Shown here: in pieces, positions 28,928-39,295 of the stretch
Position numbering within the stretch: position 1 is the first letter of the stretch
Layout of the letters: every line of letters starts with the position of its first letter
From: a virus
Strand: one strand, 5' to 3'
Length of the DNA stretch: 64,000 nt
Virus record (IMG/VR): IMGVR_UViG_3300047564_002155
Span: 104,129 to 168,128 of that record
Notes under the pieces: generated by a model
What the model was told of the DNA's origin: nothing
Seen by the model: the letters and a program-made list of their open reading frames with translations, nothing else
Databases searched by the model: none
Made by a program: the position numbers and the translations under genes

Positions 28928-29838
28928 GTAATTCATTATGGGTTGAAAAATACCGACCAGATACATTAGAAGGATATGTAGGAAACGAACACATCCTTGA
29001 AAAGGTAAAGATTTACATTCAAAATGAAGATGTCCCACACCTTTTATTGTATGGACAAGCCGGTACGGGTAAAACCACATTGGCTAAAATCATTACCAAT
29101 CAGATTGATTGTGATTTGATGTATATTAACGCTTCTGATGAAAACTCCGTAGACGCAGTTCGTGATAAGATTCGTGGATTCGCATCATCTATGGGTTTTA
29201 GAAAGTGGAAGGTTATTATCTTGGATGAGGCTGATTATTTGTCTCAAAACGCCCAAGCGGCTCTTCGTAATTTGATGGAGACATTTTCAGCATCTACTCG
29301 TTTTATTCTAACTTGTAATTTTGTTGAAAAGGTAATTGACCCTATCCAATCTCGTTGCCAAACATTTGCAATTACCCCACCATCTAAAAAGGATGTTGCA
29401 AAACGATTGAATGATATTCTAACAACCGAAGGTATTGAATTTGAAATGTCAGACCTTGCTGTGCTTGTTAATAGTGGATATCCGGACATTCGTAGAGTTC
29501 TAAACGCAGCTCAACGACAGGTCATCAACGGCAAATTGGTGATTGACAAACAATCAACTCTTGAAGCAAACTACACCGAAAAAGTGGTACAAGAATTGAT
29601 GTCTAATAATGATGCAAAAACAAAGTTCACCAATGTCAGACAAATTATTGCTGATTCAGGTGTTAAAAGCTTTGAACCTTTGTATAGAACCCTTTACGAT
29701 AGAGTAGATGACTATGGGAAAGGTAAAGTCGGACAAACCATCTTAAACATCGCGGATGGTCAGTATAAAGACGCTATGGTAGTTGATAAAGAAATCAATG
29801 TAATGGCGATGATGTTAAATATTATAACAAGTATCTAA
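28924..29838 (+). CDS. Clamp loader large subunit (gp44/RFC AAA+)
   Basis: 'LWVEKYRP', 'GQAGTGKTT', 'INASDE', 'ILDEAD', 'AQAALR', 'IQSRC', 'PDIRR'. Confidence 0.95.
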   Translation: MSNSLWVEKYRPDTLEGYVGNEHILEKVKIYIQNEDVPHLLLYGQAGTGKTTLAKIITNQIDCDLMYINASDENSVDAVRDKIRGFASSMGFRKWKVIILDEADYLSQNAQAALRNLMETFSASTRFILTCNFVEKVIDPIQSRCQTFAITPPSKKDVAKRLNDILTTEGIEFEMSDLAVLVNSGYPDIRRVLNAAQRQVINGKLVIDKQSTLEANYTEKVVQELMSNNDAKTKFTNVRQIIADSGVKSFEPLYRTLYDRVDDYGKGKVGQTILNIADGQYKDAMVVDKEINVMAMMLNIITSI

Positions 29839-29839
29839 A

Positions 29840-30121
29840 ATGGCAAAAGGTAAAGTAATTCCAATGGGTGGTAAACAACAACCAACTCAACAAGCACCAA
29901 AAATCAATGTTGACCCCTTTAAACTCAAAACAGTAACTTGTCCTAATTGTGAAGGTATTTTCTTCACGGAAGTGACTATGTTTAAAGAAGTTCCAGCGGT
30001 AATGTCTCCGAATGGTCAACAATCAATGCTACCAATCCCTGTGGTTGTATGTAATGAATGTGGGACTGTTCATCCAAAGTTCACTCCAAAAGAGTTCTTT
30101 GAAGGTGGTGAAGAAAAGTAA
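29840..30121 (+). CDS. Zinc-ribbon protein
   Basis: CPNC...CNEC. Confidence 0.7.
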   Translation: MAKGKVIPMGGKQQPTQQAPKINVDPFKLKTVTCPNCEGIFFTEVTMFKEVPAVMSPNGQQSMLPIPVVVCNECGTVHPKFTPKEFFEGGEEK

Positions 30122-30560
30122 TGATGGTGTAGTAAAAGCCAAAGGGTTATTTGACCACTTGGGTGGTATTACTCATCTTAAAACTCCGTGGGAGAGCTTG
30201 TCCACGATGGATAAGAAATCCTTTGAAACCTATATGGTTAATCGGTTCTTGTCTATGGGTGTTGATAATGTTGAAATTGTAAACATTATAAATCAATACA
30301 CAAACGGACAGCTAACCCCACGAGAGGTTTATAAGTTTTACTTGGATATTCTACCAAAGAAAAAATCATTCAACAAGTATATCAAAGGTAAGTCCGAAGA
30401 CAAGTGGGATAAAAATGTAATCCAGTATTTGTGCAAATACTATGAAGTATCATCCCGTGAAGTTTTGGATTACCTTGATATTCTTACCAAGGATGAAATC
30501 AAATCAATAATTGTTAAATATGGGATTGACCCAAAAGAAATAGATAAATGGCTAAAATGA
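30108..30560 (+). CDS. Clamp loader small subunit (gp62-like)
   Basis: 'YMVNRFLSM...YKFYLDILPKKK.FNKYIK...YYEVS.RE..DYL.IL'. Probable GTG start at 30105/30108. Confidence 0.7.
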   Translation: MKKSNDGVVKAKGLFDHLGGITHLKTPWESLSTMDKKSFETYMVNRFLSMGVDNVEIVNIINQYTNGQLTPREVYKFYLDILPKKKSFNKYIKGKSEDKWDKNVIQYLCKYYEVSSREVLDYLDILTKDEIKSIIVKYGIDPKEIDKWLK

Positions 30561-30967
30561 TTAAAGAAGCAAAAACCAAAGTAGAGTGGGTAGCTGAAGA
30601 AGAGCGCCCCAACTATGGTGGGGTCAAAGAACAATCTGCAATTGAGTATTGTGAAGAAAACTATCCACAAACTACTGAAGAGTTCAAAAATATTTTGGAT
30701 GAGATGTATCTTACTTTTTGTAAGAAGCAGAGAAACTACGGACCGGGTAATATCTCCGTAGGAACATCACTTCAAACCCAAGATGAGGTTAGATTGTCTT
30801 TGACCGGATTATGGTTCCGTATTAACGATAAAGTTAATCGCTTGAAGCAGATGGTTGTATTGGGTCAGCCAGATGAGGTTGGTGAGTCAATCCAAGATAC
30901 ATACGAAGACCTGTCGGTCTATGGTATTATCGCTCAGATTGTTCAGCGTGGAAAGTGGGGAAAATAA
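30548..30967 (+). CDS. Nucleotide-modification-associated domain 1 (Nmad1/DUF1599) protein
   Basis: 'KKQRNYG..NI...GLWFRINDKVNRL...ESIQDTYEDLSVYGIIA'. Confidence 0.75.
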   Translation: MAKMIKEAKTKVEWVAEEERPNYGGVKEQSAIEYCEENYPQTTEEFKNILDEMYLTFCKKQRNYGPGNISVGTSLQTQDEVRLSLTGLWFRINDKVNRLKQMVVLGQPDEVGESIQDTYEDLSVYGIIAQIVQRGKWGK

Positions 30968-31352
30968 AAAACCCGATTATGTAGTATATTCGGAAGAAGG
31001 TGGGTATAACGCCCGCCTTTTACCATATGCTACAAATGTTGGGGCCCCAAGTATAAAAACGGAAGATGTTGACCTTTGGAAGCAACGAGGAGTCAACAAA
31101 GTAAACAAACAATTAGAAACCAAGTTCAATGAACTCAAAGAAGAGTATCAGAGGTTGGTGGATGAATTTAGGTGGAATGAATTAGTTTATACCGCTAAAT
31201 TTAGTTTTGAACCCGTGATAGGTGATACCTATCATCTTTATGTGGGTAATAACGGAAATGTGTTTCTTTCTTTAATATCACCAAACGAATGGAATAGAGA
31301 ACATATTGGGTCGTTTAGATTAGATAGTAATCAAAAATGGATAAAATTATGA
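30948..31352 (+). CDS. DUF2452-like protein
   Basis: 'LLPYATNVGAP', 'LVY.AKFSFEPVIG.TYHLY', 'FLSLISP.EW'. Start uncertain (GTG 30948). Confidence 0.65.
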   Translation: MESGENKKPDYVVYSEEGGYNARLLPYATNVGAPSIKTEDVDLWKQRGVNKVNKQLETKFNELKEEYQRLVDEFRWNELVYTAKFSFEPVIGDTYHLYVGNNGNVFLSLISPNEWNREHIGSFRLDSNQKWIKL

Positions 31353-31660
31353 AAAATGTTTTTCTGGCAAGTGTTTTGTTTTTAAGTTCTTGCGCAGTAA
31401 CTCCGCTTACTAATGTTTCTACCAAAGACTTTTCTTACCAAGGAACGGACATTTACTACAAGGGTGAATTATGTGCTCAAATGGGTGCTTTGGAAGTTGC
31501 ATACGATGATGGTAAAGTTGTCCGTGAGGTCACTTACATCGTAACTGATGAAAAGTTCAACGAAGTGGCTATGGGTATTTTAAAGTATGTTCGTGAACGC
31601 AGACCAAGTTGGGAAGTTGAAGTTGAGCTAAAAAAAGCTGTAAAAAGTTTGGATAATTAA
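31349..31660 (+). CDS. Small lipoprotein
   Basis: Signal peptide with lipobox 'MKNVFLASVLFLSSC'. Confidence 0.7.
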   Translation: MKNVFLASVLFLSSCAVTPLTNVSTKDFSYQGTDIYYKGELCAQMGALEVAYDDGKVVREVTYIVTDEKFNEVAMGILKYVRERRPSWEVEVELKKAVKSLDN

Positions 31661-31679
31661 AAACTTTTTCGTATATTTG
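31648..31679 (+). promoter_or_regulatory. Bacteroidota sigmaA-type promoter
   Basis: TTTG-N20-TATATTTG, 5 nt before ATG 31685. Confidence 0.78.
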
Positions 31680-31684
31680 TATAG

Positions 31685-32620
31685 ATGAAAAAGTCAAAGA
31701 CAACACTACTTCAGATTCCTGTTTATGTAGAAAAGCAGGGAGATGTGAAGGTTTCGTACTCACAATATACGATGTGGGCTAATTGCCCTAAACAATGGAA
31801 GCTGACCTATATGGATGGTAATAAAATTGATGACCCATCCATTCACCTCATCTTCGGAACTTCAATGCACGAAACCATCCAAACTTGGTTGGATGTTATG
31901 TATTCTTCAACTGTGAAGAAAGCCAATGAACTTGACCTACATACTATGTTGAGGGATACGATGGCTAAAGAATACAAAAAGACAATGGCTATCTATGGTC
32001 AAAAGTTTACCACCAAAGAACAAATGAATGAGTTCTATCAAGATGGTGTTGAAATTATTGACTACTTGAAGAAGAAACGCTCAATATATTTCTCTACCAA
32101 GAAAATCAAATTGGTGGGTATTGAGTTGCCAATTTACTATCCGACAAATAATGAAAATGTGATGATGAAGGGCTTCCTTGACCTTGTGTTTGAGGATACT
32201 GAAAATTCTCGCCTTATCATTGATGATATCAAAACATCTACAAGTGGTTGGAATAAGTGGGCTAAAGCCGACAAAACCAAAACCGCTCAGTTGATTTTAT
32301 ATAAGAAGTTTTTCTCCGAACAATATGGATACGACATTGATAGAATTGATGTTCAGTACATTATATTAAAACGAAAGTTGAGTGAGAACGCTTACGACAA
32401 ACGAGTTCAAGTATTTAAGCCCGCTGCTGGTAGTCGGACTCTGAAAGAAATTACAACAAACTTTGATACCTTTGTATCAGCCGCTTTCAATATGGATGGA
32501 ACCTACCGACAAGATGGTCCATTTCCCGCCAAAGCCGGTGATAAGAATAAGAATTGTAGATTTTGTCCTTTCAAAGACCGCTACGATTTGTGTCCTAAAT
32601 CAGAACGACACGCTGTTTAA
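31685..32620 (+). CDS. PD-(D/E)xK RecB/Cas4-like exonuclease
   Basis: 'SYSQY...CP..W', 'FGT.MHE', 'E...GFLDLV...IDDIKT', 'QLILY', and the C-terminal Fe-S motif 'CRFCPF...C'. Confidence 0.88.
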   Translation: MKKSKTTLLQIPVYVEKQGDVKVSYSQYTMWANCPKQWKLTYMDGNKIDDPSIHLIFGTSMHETIQTWLDVMYSSTVKKANELDLHTMLRDTMAKEYKKTMAIYGQKFTTKEQMNEFYQDGVEIIDYLKKKRSIYFSTKKIKLVGIELPIYYPTNNENVMMKGFLDLVFEDTENSRLIIDDIKTSTSGWNKWAKADKTKTAQLILYKKFFSEQYGYDIDRIDVQYIILKRKLSENAYDKRVQVFKPAAGSRTLKEITTNFDTFVSAAFNMDGTYRQDGPFPAKAGDKNKNCRFCPFKDRYDLCPKSERHAV

Positions 32621-32635
32621 TCAAAACCCTTAATT

Positions 32636-33199
32636 ATGTTGTATAGCTACAATAAAACCCTGTTGGAATTCAAAAGAATTGGATTACGAAAGTTAGTTCT
32701 TATTTTGAGTGGATTCGCATTTTTAATTGGTAGTATTTCTTATGGAATTGGTAGATACGCTGCTTTTGGAGATTTGAGTATCTATGAGAAAAACATACTA
32801 CTGTTAAACATCAAGGAAACTCCTTTTAATCAAGATGATTTGGTCAAATTGATGAAAGACCTTAATATGAAATTTCCACATATTGCATTGGCTCAATCTT
32901 ATGTAGAAACAGGTCAGTTCAAATCTAAAATCTTCCGAGAAAACAACAACCTATTTGGTATGAAGCAAGCCCGCCAGAGGGTTAATACTGCAAAAGGAAC
33001 ACAAAATAACCACGCATACTACGATACTTGGGAAGAGTCAGTATACGACTACGCATTTTACCAATGTAGATATTTAGGTGGCATTCAAACTGAAGAAGAA
33101 TATTTTAGATATTTGAATGCTTCTTATGCTGAAGACCCTAATTATGTAAGTAAAGTAAAATCGGTTATTGAAAAACAAAAGTTGCGAGAGCTATTTTAA
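32636..33199 (+). CDS. Membrane-anchored glucosaminidase (GH73/FlgJ-like peptidoglycan hydrolase)
   Basis: N-terminal TM segment; 'LAQSYVETG', 'NNLFGMK', 'YDTWEESV.DY', 'YAEDPNY'. Confidence 0.85.
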   Translation: MLYSYNKTLLEFKRIGLRKLVLILSGFAFLIGSISYGIGRYAAFGDLSIYEKNILLLNIKETPFNQDDLVKLMKDLNMKFPHIALAQSYVETGQFKSKIFRENNNLFGMKQARQRVNTAKGTQNNHAYYDTWEESVYDYAFYQCRYLGGIQTEEEYFRYLNASYAEDPNYVSKVKSVIEKQKLRELF

Positions 33200-33267
33200 T
33201 GAGAAAATATCAAAATCATTCCCCGAATAGATTGCGTGTAAAGAGCTTATATAATAGAAGAGAAGGT

Positions 33268-33663
33268 ATGAAGGTCGCATTGATAGGTGATGCTAGATAT
33301 GAAAATCGTGGTGAAATCAAAGACCTTATATTCAAACTAAAACAAAAATTTGGAGACCAACTATCAATTATCAGTCGTGGTAACAAAGATGGTATTGAAA
33401 AATGGGTTCGCAAATTTTGCATAGAATTGGATGTAAAGTATATTGAGTATAACCTTGCATCTACACCAATGAACCTATACAGTGGAATGTCCGAAGAATA
33501 CTATGACAAACCACACCACCCCACCCAAAAATTACACCAATACGACTTGATTGCTCAAAACGCAGACAAGATTATGTATTTTGGTCAAATTGATATTAAA
33601 GAGTGGAAACACTTTGAAAAAAGAGTATATTGGAACGATAAAAAAGTCACATTCGTACAATGA
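33268..33663 (+). CDS. SLOG/YspA-like Rossmann-fold protein
   Basis: 'MKVALIG..RY', 'IISRG..DG.EK', 'IAQNAD'. ATG 33268 preferred over 33199. Confidence 0.55.
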   Translation: MKVALIGDARYENRGEIKDLIFKLKQKFGDQLSIISRGNKDGIEKWVRKFCIELDVKYIEYNLASTPMNLYSGMSEEYYDKPHHPTQKLHQYDLIAQNADKIMYFGQIDIKEWKHFEKRVYWNDKKVTFVQ

Positions 33664-35480
33664 TTATATTAGGAATACACACAGGACACGATGCGTCTCT
33701 ATCACTAATGCGTGATGGTAAAATTGTATCAGCTATTGCAGTAGAAAGATTATCTCGTAGAAAAAAAGATGATTTTATTAGTCGTGAAGTATTTGATACT
33801 TTTTTAGAAAAAAATGGTATATCAATTGAAGAGGTTGATGTTATTACGATGGGGTTTTGGCATAAACAATCAATTCCATTTATGAATATTTACTCACCAC
33901 TTGATACCAAGTATCCATTAAGCACCTATGGAACATATGAGCTTGAAAGTAGAATATTAAGTGGAGTTGACCCAAATCATACACCACAATTAATTGATGG
34001 TTTGGGTTGGACTTTACCAATATACATTGACCGTATAACCCCACCATATGGAAGTGGAACGAGTCCACACATTGGATATGCTAGACTGTGGGTTTTGATT
34101 GATGGGGTTGATAAAGTATTTCAAGGTTACTTTGTAGACCATCATACCGCACATTCTGCATACGCTTTTTACCTATCACCATTTAAAGAGTCTATGATTT
34201 TTACAGCTGATGCTAGTATAAGTGACCATATGGCTTGTAGTTCTATGCAATTTGGATGGGGTAATCAAATAAATCGGTTTAAGAATCCACAATATATGTA
34301 TGGAAACTTTTACGATGTTGCTACGGAATGGTGTGGTATTGGACCTGGTGTATTAAAAGCGGGTGTTTTAATGGGGTTGGCTGCGTATGGTCAAGTTAGT
34401 CCAAAAACCAAAAAAAATTGGAAAAAATGGACCAAACCTATGAGAAAAAGAACTGAAGAGTTTGATAATCTTTACATTGATTGGTTATGGTCTCAAATTA
34501 GTGGTAGATTTCCAAAAATTTGGTATCCACGCGAAGTTAACAAATACGAAGATACTTTTTACACAAGACCACATCAGTATGTTTATACCAAAGAAGAGTC
34601 CGAGTCAAAAGAGGTAATGGGTGTTGCGGCTGATATTCAATATATGGCTGAGCGTTCATTGGTAAAATATTCACAAGACCTTTACCAAGAAAGTAAAGAG
34701 TTCAATAAAAACTTATGTGCGGCTGGTGGTATATTTTTGAATTGTAATGCAAACTATAAAATTATTACCGAAAGTGGATTTGAAAACTTCTTTTTAGCAC
34801 CGGCTTGTGGTGATGATGGTATATCAATTGGTTCATCTTTATACGCTTATCATCATATTTTATTGAACGATAAGATAGAACACAAAAATTCGGAAATTAT
34901 GTATCTTGGGTTTGATTATGATTATCAACCATCAAGTAAATACACCGAAGTTGATTTGGATTTGGATGTCATTGCTAATTCAGTTGCAGATGGTAAAATT
35001 GTTTGTTGGTTCCAAGGTCGTTCTGAATTTGGACCACGAGCCTTGGGTAATCGCTCATTCATTACCGACCCACGAAGAAAGGAAATGAAAGACATCCTAA
35101 ATTCAAGGGTTAAGTTCCGTGAGTGGTATAGACCATTTGCTCCTGTGATTTTGAATGAATACAAAGAAGAATGGTTCCAAATGGATTTTGAATCGCCATT
35201 TATGCTATTTACAGTTCCTTGTAAAAAACCACAAGAAATCCCATCCGCAGTTCATATTGACAATACAGGTCGTGTTCAGACTCTTCGTAGGGAAGACAAT
35301 GAAAGATTTTACGATTTGATAGACAAGTTTAGACAAATCACGGGTGTTCCTATTGTGATGAATACCTCGTTAAATATCAAGGGTGAACCTATTGTTGAAA
35401 CGCCGGAAGATGCTATGAAATTGTTTGAAGAATCCGATGTTGATGTGTTAGTAATCAACAACAAAATGTATTTTAAATAA
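33660..35480 (+). CDS. Carbamoyltransferase (NodU/CmcH family)
   Basis: 'GHDAS', 'ERLSRRK', 'HHTAH', 'MGLAAYG', 'GGIFLNC.AN', 'PACGDDG', 'EFGPRALGNRS', 'KFREWYRPFAP', 'NTSLN.KGEPIVETP'. Confidence 0.95.
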   Translation: MIILGIHTGHDASLSLMRDGKIVSAIAVERLSRRKKDDFISREVFDTFLEKNGISIEEVDVITMGFWHKQSIPFMNIYSPLDTKYPLSTYGTYELESRILSGVDPNHTPQLIDGLGWTLPIYIDRITPPYGSGTSPHIGYARLWVLIDGVDKVFQGYFVDHHTAHSAYAFYLSPFKESMIFTADASISDHMACSSMQFGWGNQINRFKNPQYMYGNFYDVATEWCGIGPGVLKAGVLMGLAAYGQVSPKTKKNWKKWTKPMRKRTEEFDNLYIDWLWSQISGRFPKIWYPREVNKYEDTFYTRPHQYVYTKEESESKEVMGVAADIQYMAERSLVKYSQDLYQESKEFNKNLCAAGGIFLNCNANYKIITESGFENFFLAPACGDDGISIGSSLYAYHHILLNDKIEHKNSEIMYLGFDYDYQPSSKYTEVDLDLDVIANSVADGKIVCWFQGRSEFGPRALGNRSFITDPRRKEMKDILNSRVKFREWYRPFAPVILNEYKEEWFQMDFESPFMLFTVPCKKPQEIPSAVHIDNTGRVQTLRREDNERFYDLIDKFRQITGVPIVMNTSLNIKGEPIVETPEDAMKLFEESDVDVLVINNKMYFK

Positions 35481-35489
35481 CCAACTTTA

Positions 35490-35498
35490 ATACTTATA
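35490..35498 (+). promoter_or_regulatory. Putative late-promoter motif variant ATACTTATA
   Basis: Intergenic, 15 nt before ATG 35514. Confidence 0.45.
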
Positions 35499-35513
35499 CC
35501 AAAGAGTTACGAT

Positions 35514-36938
35514 ATGGAATTACAATTACCAAAGCTACGAAAAGTAGACCCTAATAAACCAAAGAAAAAGAAGATTTTACTTCTATCGGATGACCTCCGA
35601 TTGCATAGTGGAATCGCAACGCAGAGTAAAGAAATGGTCCTATCAACCCTACACAAATATGATTGGGTTCAGTTAGGTGCTGCTTTAAAACACCCCGATG
35701 AAGGTAAAGTGTTTGATGTATCAGCTGATGCTGCTAAAGAAAGTGGTGTTGAAGACGCGTACTTGAAGATTTACGCATCTACGGGCTATGGAAGTCCTGA
35801 TGTGTTAAGAAACCTAATTAACATTGAAAAGCCGGATGCAATTCTACACTTTACCGACCCTCGTTTTTGGGGATGGTTATACAATATGGAACACGAAGTT
35901 CGGCAGTTTGTTCCTATTATGTATTACAATATTTGGGATTCATTGCCAGACCCAATGTGGAATGCTCCGTTCTACGCAAGTTGTGATTTGTTAATGTCCA
36001 TCTCAAAACAAACATATGGTATCAACAAACGAGTGTTGGAAAAGTATGAAATGGCTAAAGAAGATTGGGCTTACAAATACATCCCACACGGAGTATCAAA
36101 ATTGTTTAAACCACTACCAAGTGATGATTTAAACTTGGTAAAGTTCAAAGAAAAGTATGGTCTTGACAAGTATGACTTTGTAGTTCTTTGGAACAATAGA
36201 AACATTCGTAGAAAAGTGCCAGGTGATATGATTCTTGCATTTAACGAGTTTGCAGAACGATATCAAGACAAAAAGCTTCTATTGTTTATGCACACTCAAC
36301 CCGTTGATGATAATGGAACGGATATTCCAGATGTAATCAAACACAATGGTAAGTTTGGTGAATACAAGTTCACCGATGCAAGATTCTCAACCGAAGAACT
36401 TAACCTATTTTACAATTCAGGTGATGTGATTCTAAACATCGCATCCAACGAAGGATTTGGTCTTGCGTCTTGTGAAGCTCTACGAGCTGGAACTCCAATT
36501 GTTGTAAATGTTACCGGCGGCCTCCAAGACCAATGTGGATTTGAATTGGATGGTAAACCGCTAACTGCAGAAGATTATGTAAAAATTGGTTCACTTCACA
36601 ATCGTAGAGATTGGAATTCGCTTCAAAGTAATGGTAGATTAGTGTGGGGTGAGTGGGTATTTCCTGTATGGCCATCTAACCTATCTCTTCAAGGTTCTCC
36701 CGCAACTCCATACATTTTTGATGACCGAGTTGATTACTACGAAGTAGCAGACCAACTTGATTGGTCCTTCAGAGAGGGTAGAGAAGCTCTTGTTGAATAT
36801 GGTGAGATTGGTAGTCAATGGATTCAATCAGACGCAGGTATGTCTATGGAATCTATGGGTGGTAGATTTGTTGAAGCTATTGAAGGATGTTTCCAAAATT
36901 GGACTCCTCGTAAACGATTTGAAATTTATAAAGCATGA
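35514..36938 (+). CDS. GT4-like glycosyltransferase
   Basis: 'IPHGV', 'NRNIRRK', 'LN.FYN..DV', 'EGFGLASCEA...GTP'. Confidence 0.88.
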   Translation: MELQLPKLRKVDPNKPKKKKILLLSDDLRLHSGIATQSKEMVLSTLHKYDWVQLGAALKHPDEGKVFDVSADAAKESGVEDAYLKIYASTGYGSPDVLRNLINIEKPDAILHFTDPRFWGWLYNMEHEVRQFVPIMYYNIWDSLPDPMWNAPFYASCDLLMSISKQTYGINKRVLEKYEMAKEDWAYKYIPHGVSKLFKPLPSDDLNLVKFKEKYGLDKYDFVVLWNNRNIRRKVPGDMILAFNEFAERYQDKKLLLFMHTQPVDDNGTDIPDVIKHNGKFGEYKFTDARFSTEELNLFYNSGDVILNIASNEGFGLASCEALRAGTPIVVNVTGGLQDQCGFELDGKPLTAEDYVKIGSLHNRRDWNSLQSNGRLVWGEWVFPVWPSNLSLQGSPATPYIFDDRVDYYEVADQLDWSFREGREALVEYGEIGSQWIQSDAGMSMESMGGRFVEAIEGCFQNWTPRKRFEIYKA

Positions 36939-38209
36939 AAAAGTTATGTGTAGTTAGTTGCCCTATCGCAACACGCAGTGGTTATGGTTCTCGTTCAAGA
37001 GATTTTGTTCGTTCACTAATCCAAGTAAAGGGTGAGGAGTGGGATATTCGTATCCTACCACAACGATGGGGTAATACACCTCAAACAGCTCTTACTGATG
37101 CAGACCAAGATTTGACCTCACGATTTGTGACCAAGTTGGAAACCAAGCCCGATGTGTGGATTCAAATCACCATTCCAAGTGAGTTCCAATCCGTTGGTCA
37201 CTACAACATTGGTGTATCTGCAGTGATTGAAACCAACCAAGCCAGCCCAGCATTCATTGAAGGATGTAATCGTATGGATTTGAATCTTGTATCATCCAAT
37301 CACTCCGCAACTACATTAAGTGTTAGTTACGACAAAATGGATGATAAGACCAAACAAAAAATTGGTGAGTTGAAACTTACCAAACCCGTTGAGGTTTTGT
37401 TTGAGGGATTCCACGAAGACATTTATGATAACAAAAAACCAATTCATAGTTCAGTAAATCAAGTGATGTCAGATATCAAAGAAGATTTCGCATTTCTATT
37501 TGTAGGTCATTGGTTACAAGGAAACTCTGGTGAAGACCGAAAGAATGTTAGTGGACTTGTTTATACATTCCTTGAATCTTTCAAAAACAAGTCAAAGAAG
37601 CCAGCACTTATTTTGAAAACATCACTTGTAGCTCCGGGCATTACAAATGTTCACGAAGTTCGTAAACGAATTGAGATGATTAAAAACCAAGTAGACTCAA
37701 AGAATCTGCCAAATGTTTACATTCTTGATGGTGAACTTTCGGATGAAGAAATGAACTCACTATACAACCATCCAAAAGTAAAAGCGCACGTATCTTTTAC
37801 AAAAGGTGAGGGTTTTGGTAGACCTCTATTAGAAGCTTGTGTGAGTGGTAAACCAATTATCGCATCAAAGTGGAGTGGTCATTTGGATTTTCTACACAAT
37901 GATTACAATTTCTTGATTGGTGGTGATGTTAAACAAGTTCATCCATCATCGGCTAACGATTGGATTATGAAAGAAGCCAGTTGGTTTACTATAAATTATT
38001 CAGACGCGGGTGCTCATCTAAAATGGATTTACGATAATTATAATAAAGCAGAAGAGAGGTCTCGTAAGAATCGTAAGTATGTAAAGGATAATTTCACCAT
38101 TGAAAAAATGACTCAATTGCTTGGTGATATTCTACAAAAGTATGACGCCGGAAAAGGACCCCAACAAGTTACACTTCAACTACCTAAATTGAAGAAATTA
38201 GATGCCTGA
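36935..38209 (+). CDS. GT4-like glycosyltransferase
   Basis: 'SGYG', 'FLFVGHW..RKN', 'MNSLYN', 'GEGFGRPLLEA..SGKPIIAS.WSGHLDF'. Confidence 0.9.
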   Translation: MKKLCVVSCPIATRSGYGSRSRDFVRSLIQVKGEEWDIRILPQRWGNTPQTALTDADQDLTSRFVTKLETKPDVWIQITIPSEFQSVGHYNIGVSAVIETNQASPAFIEGCNRMDLNLVSSNHSATTLSVSYDKMDDKTKQKIGELKLTKPVEVLFEGFHEDIYDNKKPIHSSVNQVMSDIKEDFAFLFVGHWLQGNSGEDRKNVSGLVYTFLESFKNKSKKPALILKTSLVAPGITNVHEVRKRIEMIKNQVDSKNLPNVYILDGELSDEEMNSLYNHPKVKAHVSFTKGEGFGRPLLEACVSGKPIIASKWSGHLDFLHNDYNFLIGGDVKQVHPSSANDWIMKEASWFTINYSDAGAHLKWIYDNYNKAEERSRKNRKYVKDNFTIEKMTQLLGDILQKYDAGKGPQQVTLQLPKLKKLDA

Positions 38210-38675
38210 TTTTAAAAACCAACATCGGAATAAGATGACTGACCCTACACGACTCCAAAAGTCAAACTTGGAGAGAGGTATGGTTGCAAAAATTGATTAC
38301 ACCAAAACTAATGGTGAAACGGGTGATTATTTCGTGTTTGTTTTACAACCAAAGTTTAAGGAATACTTACATTGTATAGACCTTGATAAGGTCAGTCCAA
38401 TTGTATTTTCAAAACTGGCGGAAGACTATCCGGAGATTATGGCGGAATCAACTCGTGTTCGTAAATTGGACTTAACTAAACTACGAATAGATGAGTCATC
38501 CAAAGCATTCTATATGGGTGAAATCAAAAGAAAAAAACTACAAGAAGGTTACCGAACTTTAATTTACAAGAATGTGGGTCCGATAATGGTATTCAATTAC
38601 AACTATGGTGTAAACGATAAAGTTGCTGCGGCAAATAAAAGAAGACAAGAAGAACAAGTTCAAAAAGATGATTGA
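38202..38675 (+). CDS. Hypothetical protein (weak resemblance to T4 DNA end-protector-like proteins)
   Basis: 157 aa, 'FVFVL..LHCIDL...FY...GYRTL'. Confidence 0.45.
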   Translation: MPDFKNQHRNKMTDPTRLQKSNLERGMVAKIDYTKTNGETGDYFVFVLQPKFKEYLHCIDLDKVSPIVFSKLAEDYPEIMAESTRVRKLDLTKLRIDESSKAFYMGEIKRKKLQEGYRTLIYKNVGPIMVFNYNYGVNDKVAAANKRRQEEQVQKDD

Positions 38676-38677
38676 TT

Positions 38678-39295
38678 ATGAAAATTAGTTACGCAGTTAC
38701 GGTTTGTAATGAGTTTATTGAAATACAACGATTACTAACATTTCTTATTGACCGAAAACAACCACAAGATGAAATTGTGGTTTTCTATGATACAAACCAC
38801 GGAACACCAGAAGTGGAACGATACCTAACAATATTGGGTAGTAGTATCCGAAGAATCGGTTATCACTTTGATGGTCACTTTGGACATATGAAGAACGCAT
38901 TAACCGAAGCTTGTTTGGGAGATTACATTTTTCAGATTGATGCAGATGAAATTCCCAATGAAGTTCTTATGGACAACATTCACCCAATCTTGGAAGAAAA
39001 TGATGTGGATGTAATTCTCGTACCACGAGTAAATACAGTAGAAGGTTTGACCCAAGAACACATTCAAAAATGGGGATGGCGATTAAATGAAAAGGGTTGG
39101 GTAAATTTTCCAGACCCTCAATGGCGAATCTACAAGAACAATGGAGTCATTCGTTGGGAAAACAAGGTTCACGAAAAACTCGTTGGATATGAAACTATTT
39201 CAAACCTACCTTGGACCGAAGAACTTTCCTTATATCATCCAAAGGGAATAGAAAGACAAGAACGACAAAACGATTATTACGAAACCCTATCGTGA
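38678..39295 (+). CDS. GT2 glycosyltransferase
   Basis: 'ISYAVTVCNE', 'GDYIFQIDADE', 'PD.Q.RIY', 'KVHE'. Confidence 0.88.
   Translation: MKISYAVTVCNEFIEIQRLLTFLIDRKQPQDEIVVFYDTNHGTPEVERYLTILGSSIRRIGYHFDGHFGHMKNALTEACLGDYIFQIDADEIPNEVLMDNIHPILEENDVDVILVPRVNTVEGLTQEHIQKWGWRLNEKGWVNFPDPQWRIYKNNGVIRWENKVHEKLVGYETISNLPWTEELSLYHPKGIERQERQNDYYETLS

Noticed and set aside
31685-32620. Cas4 / CRISPR-Cas system
   Set aside because: A stand-alone RecB/Cas4-like nuclease is common in phages; no other cas genes or array are present.
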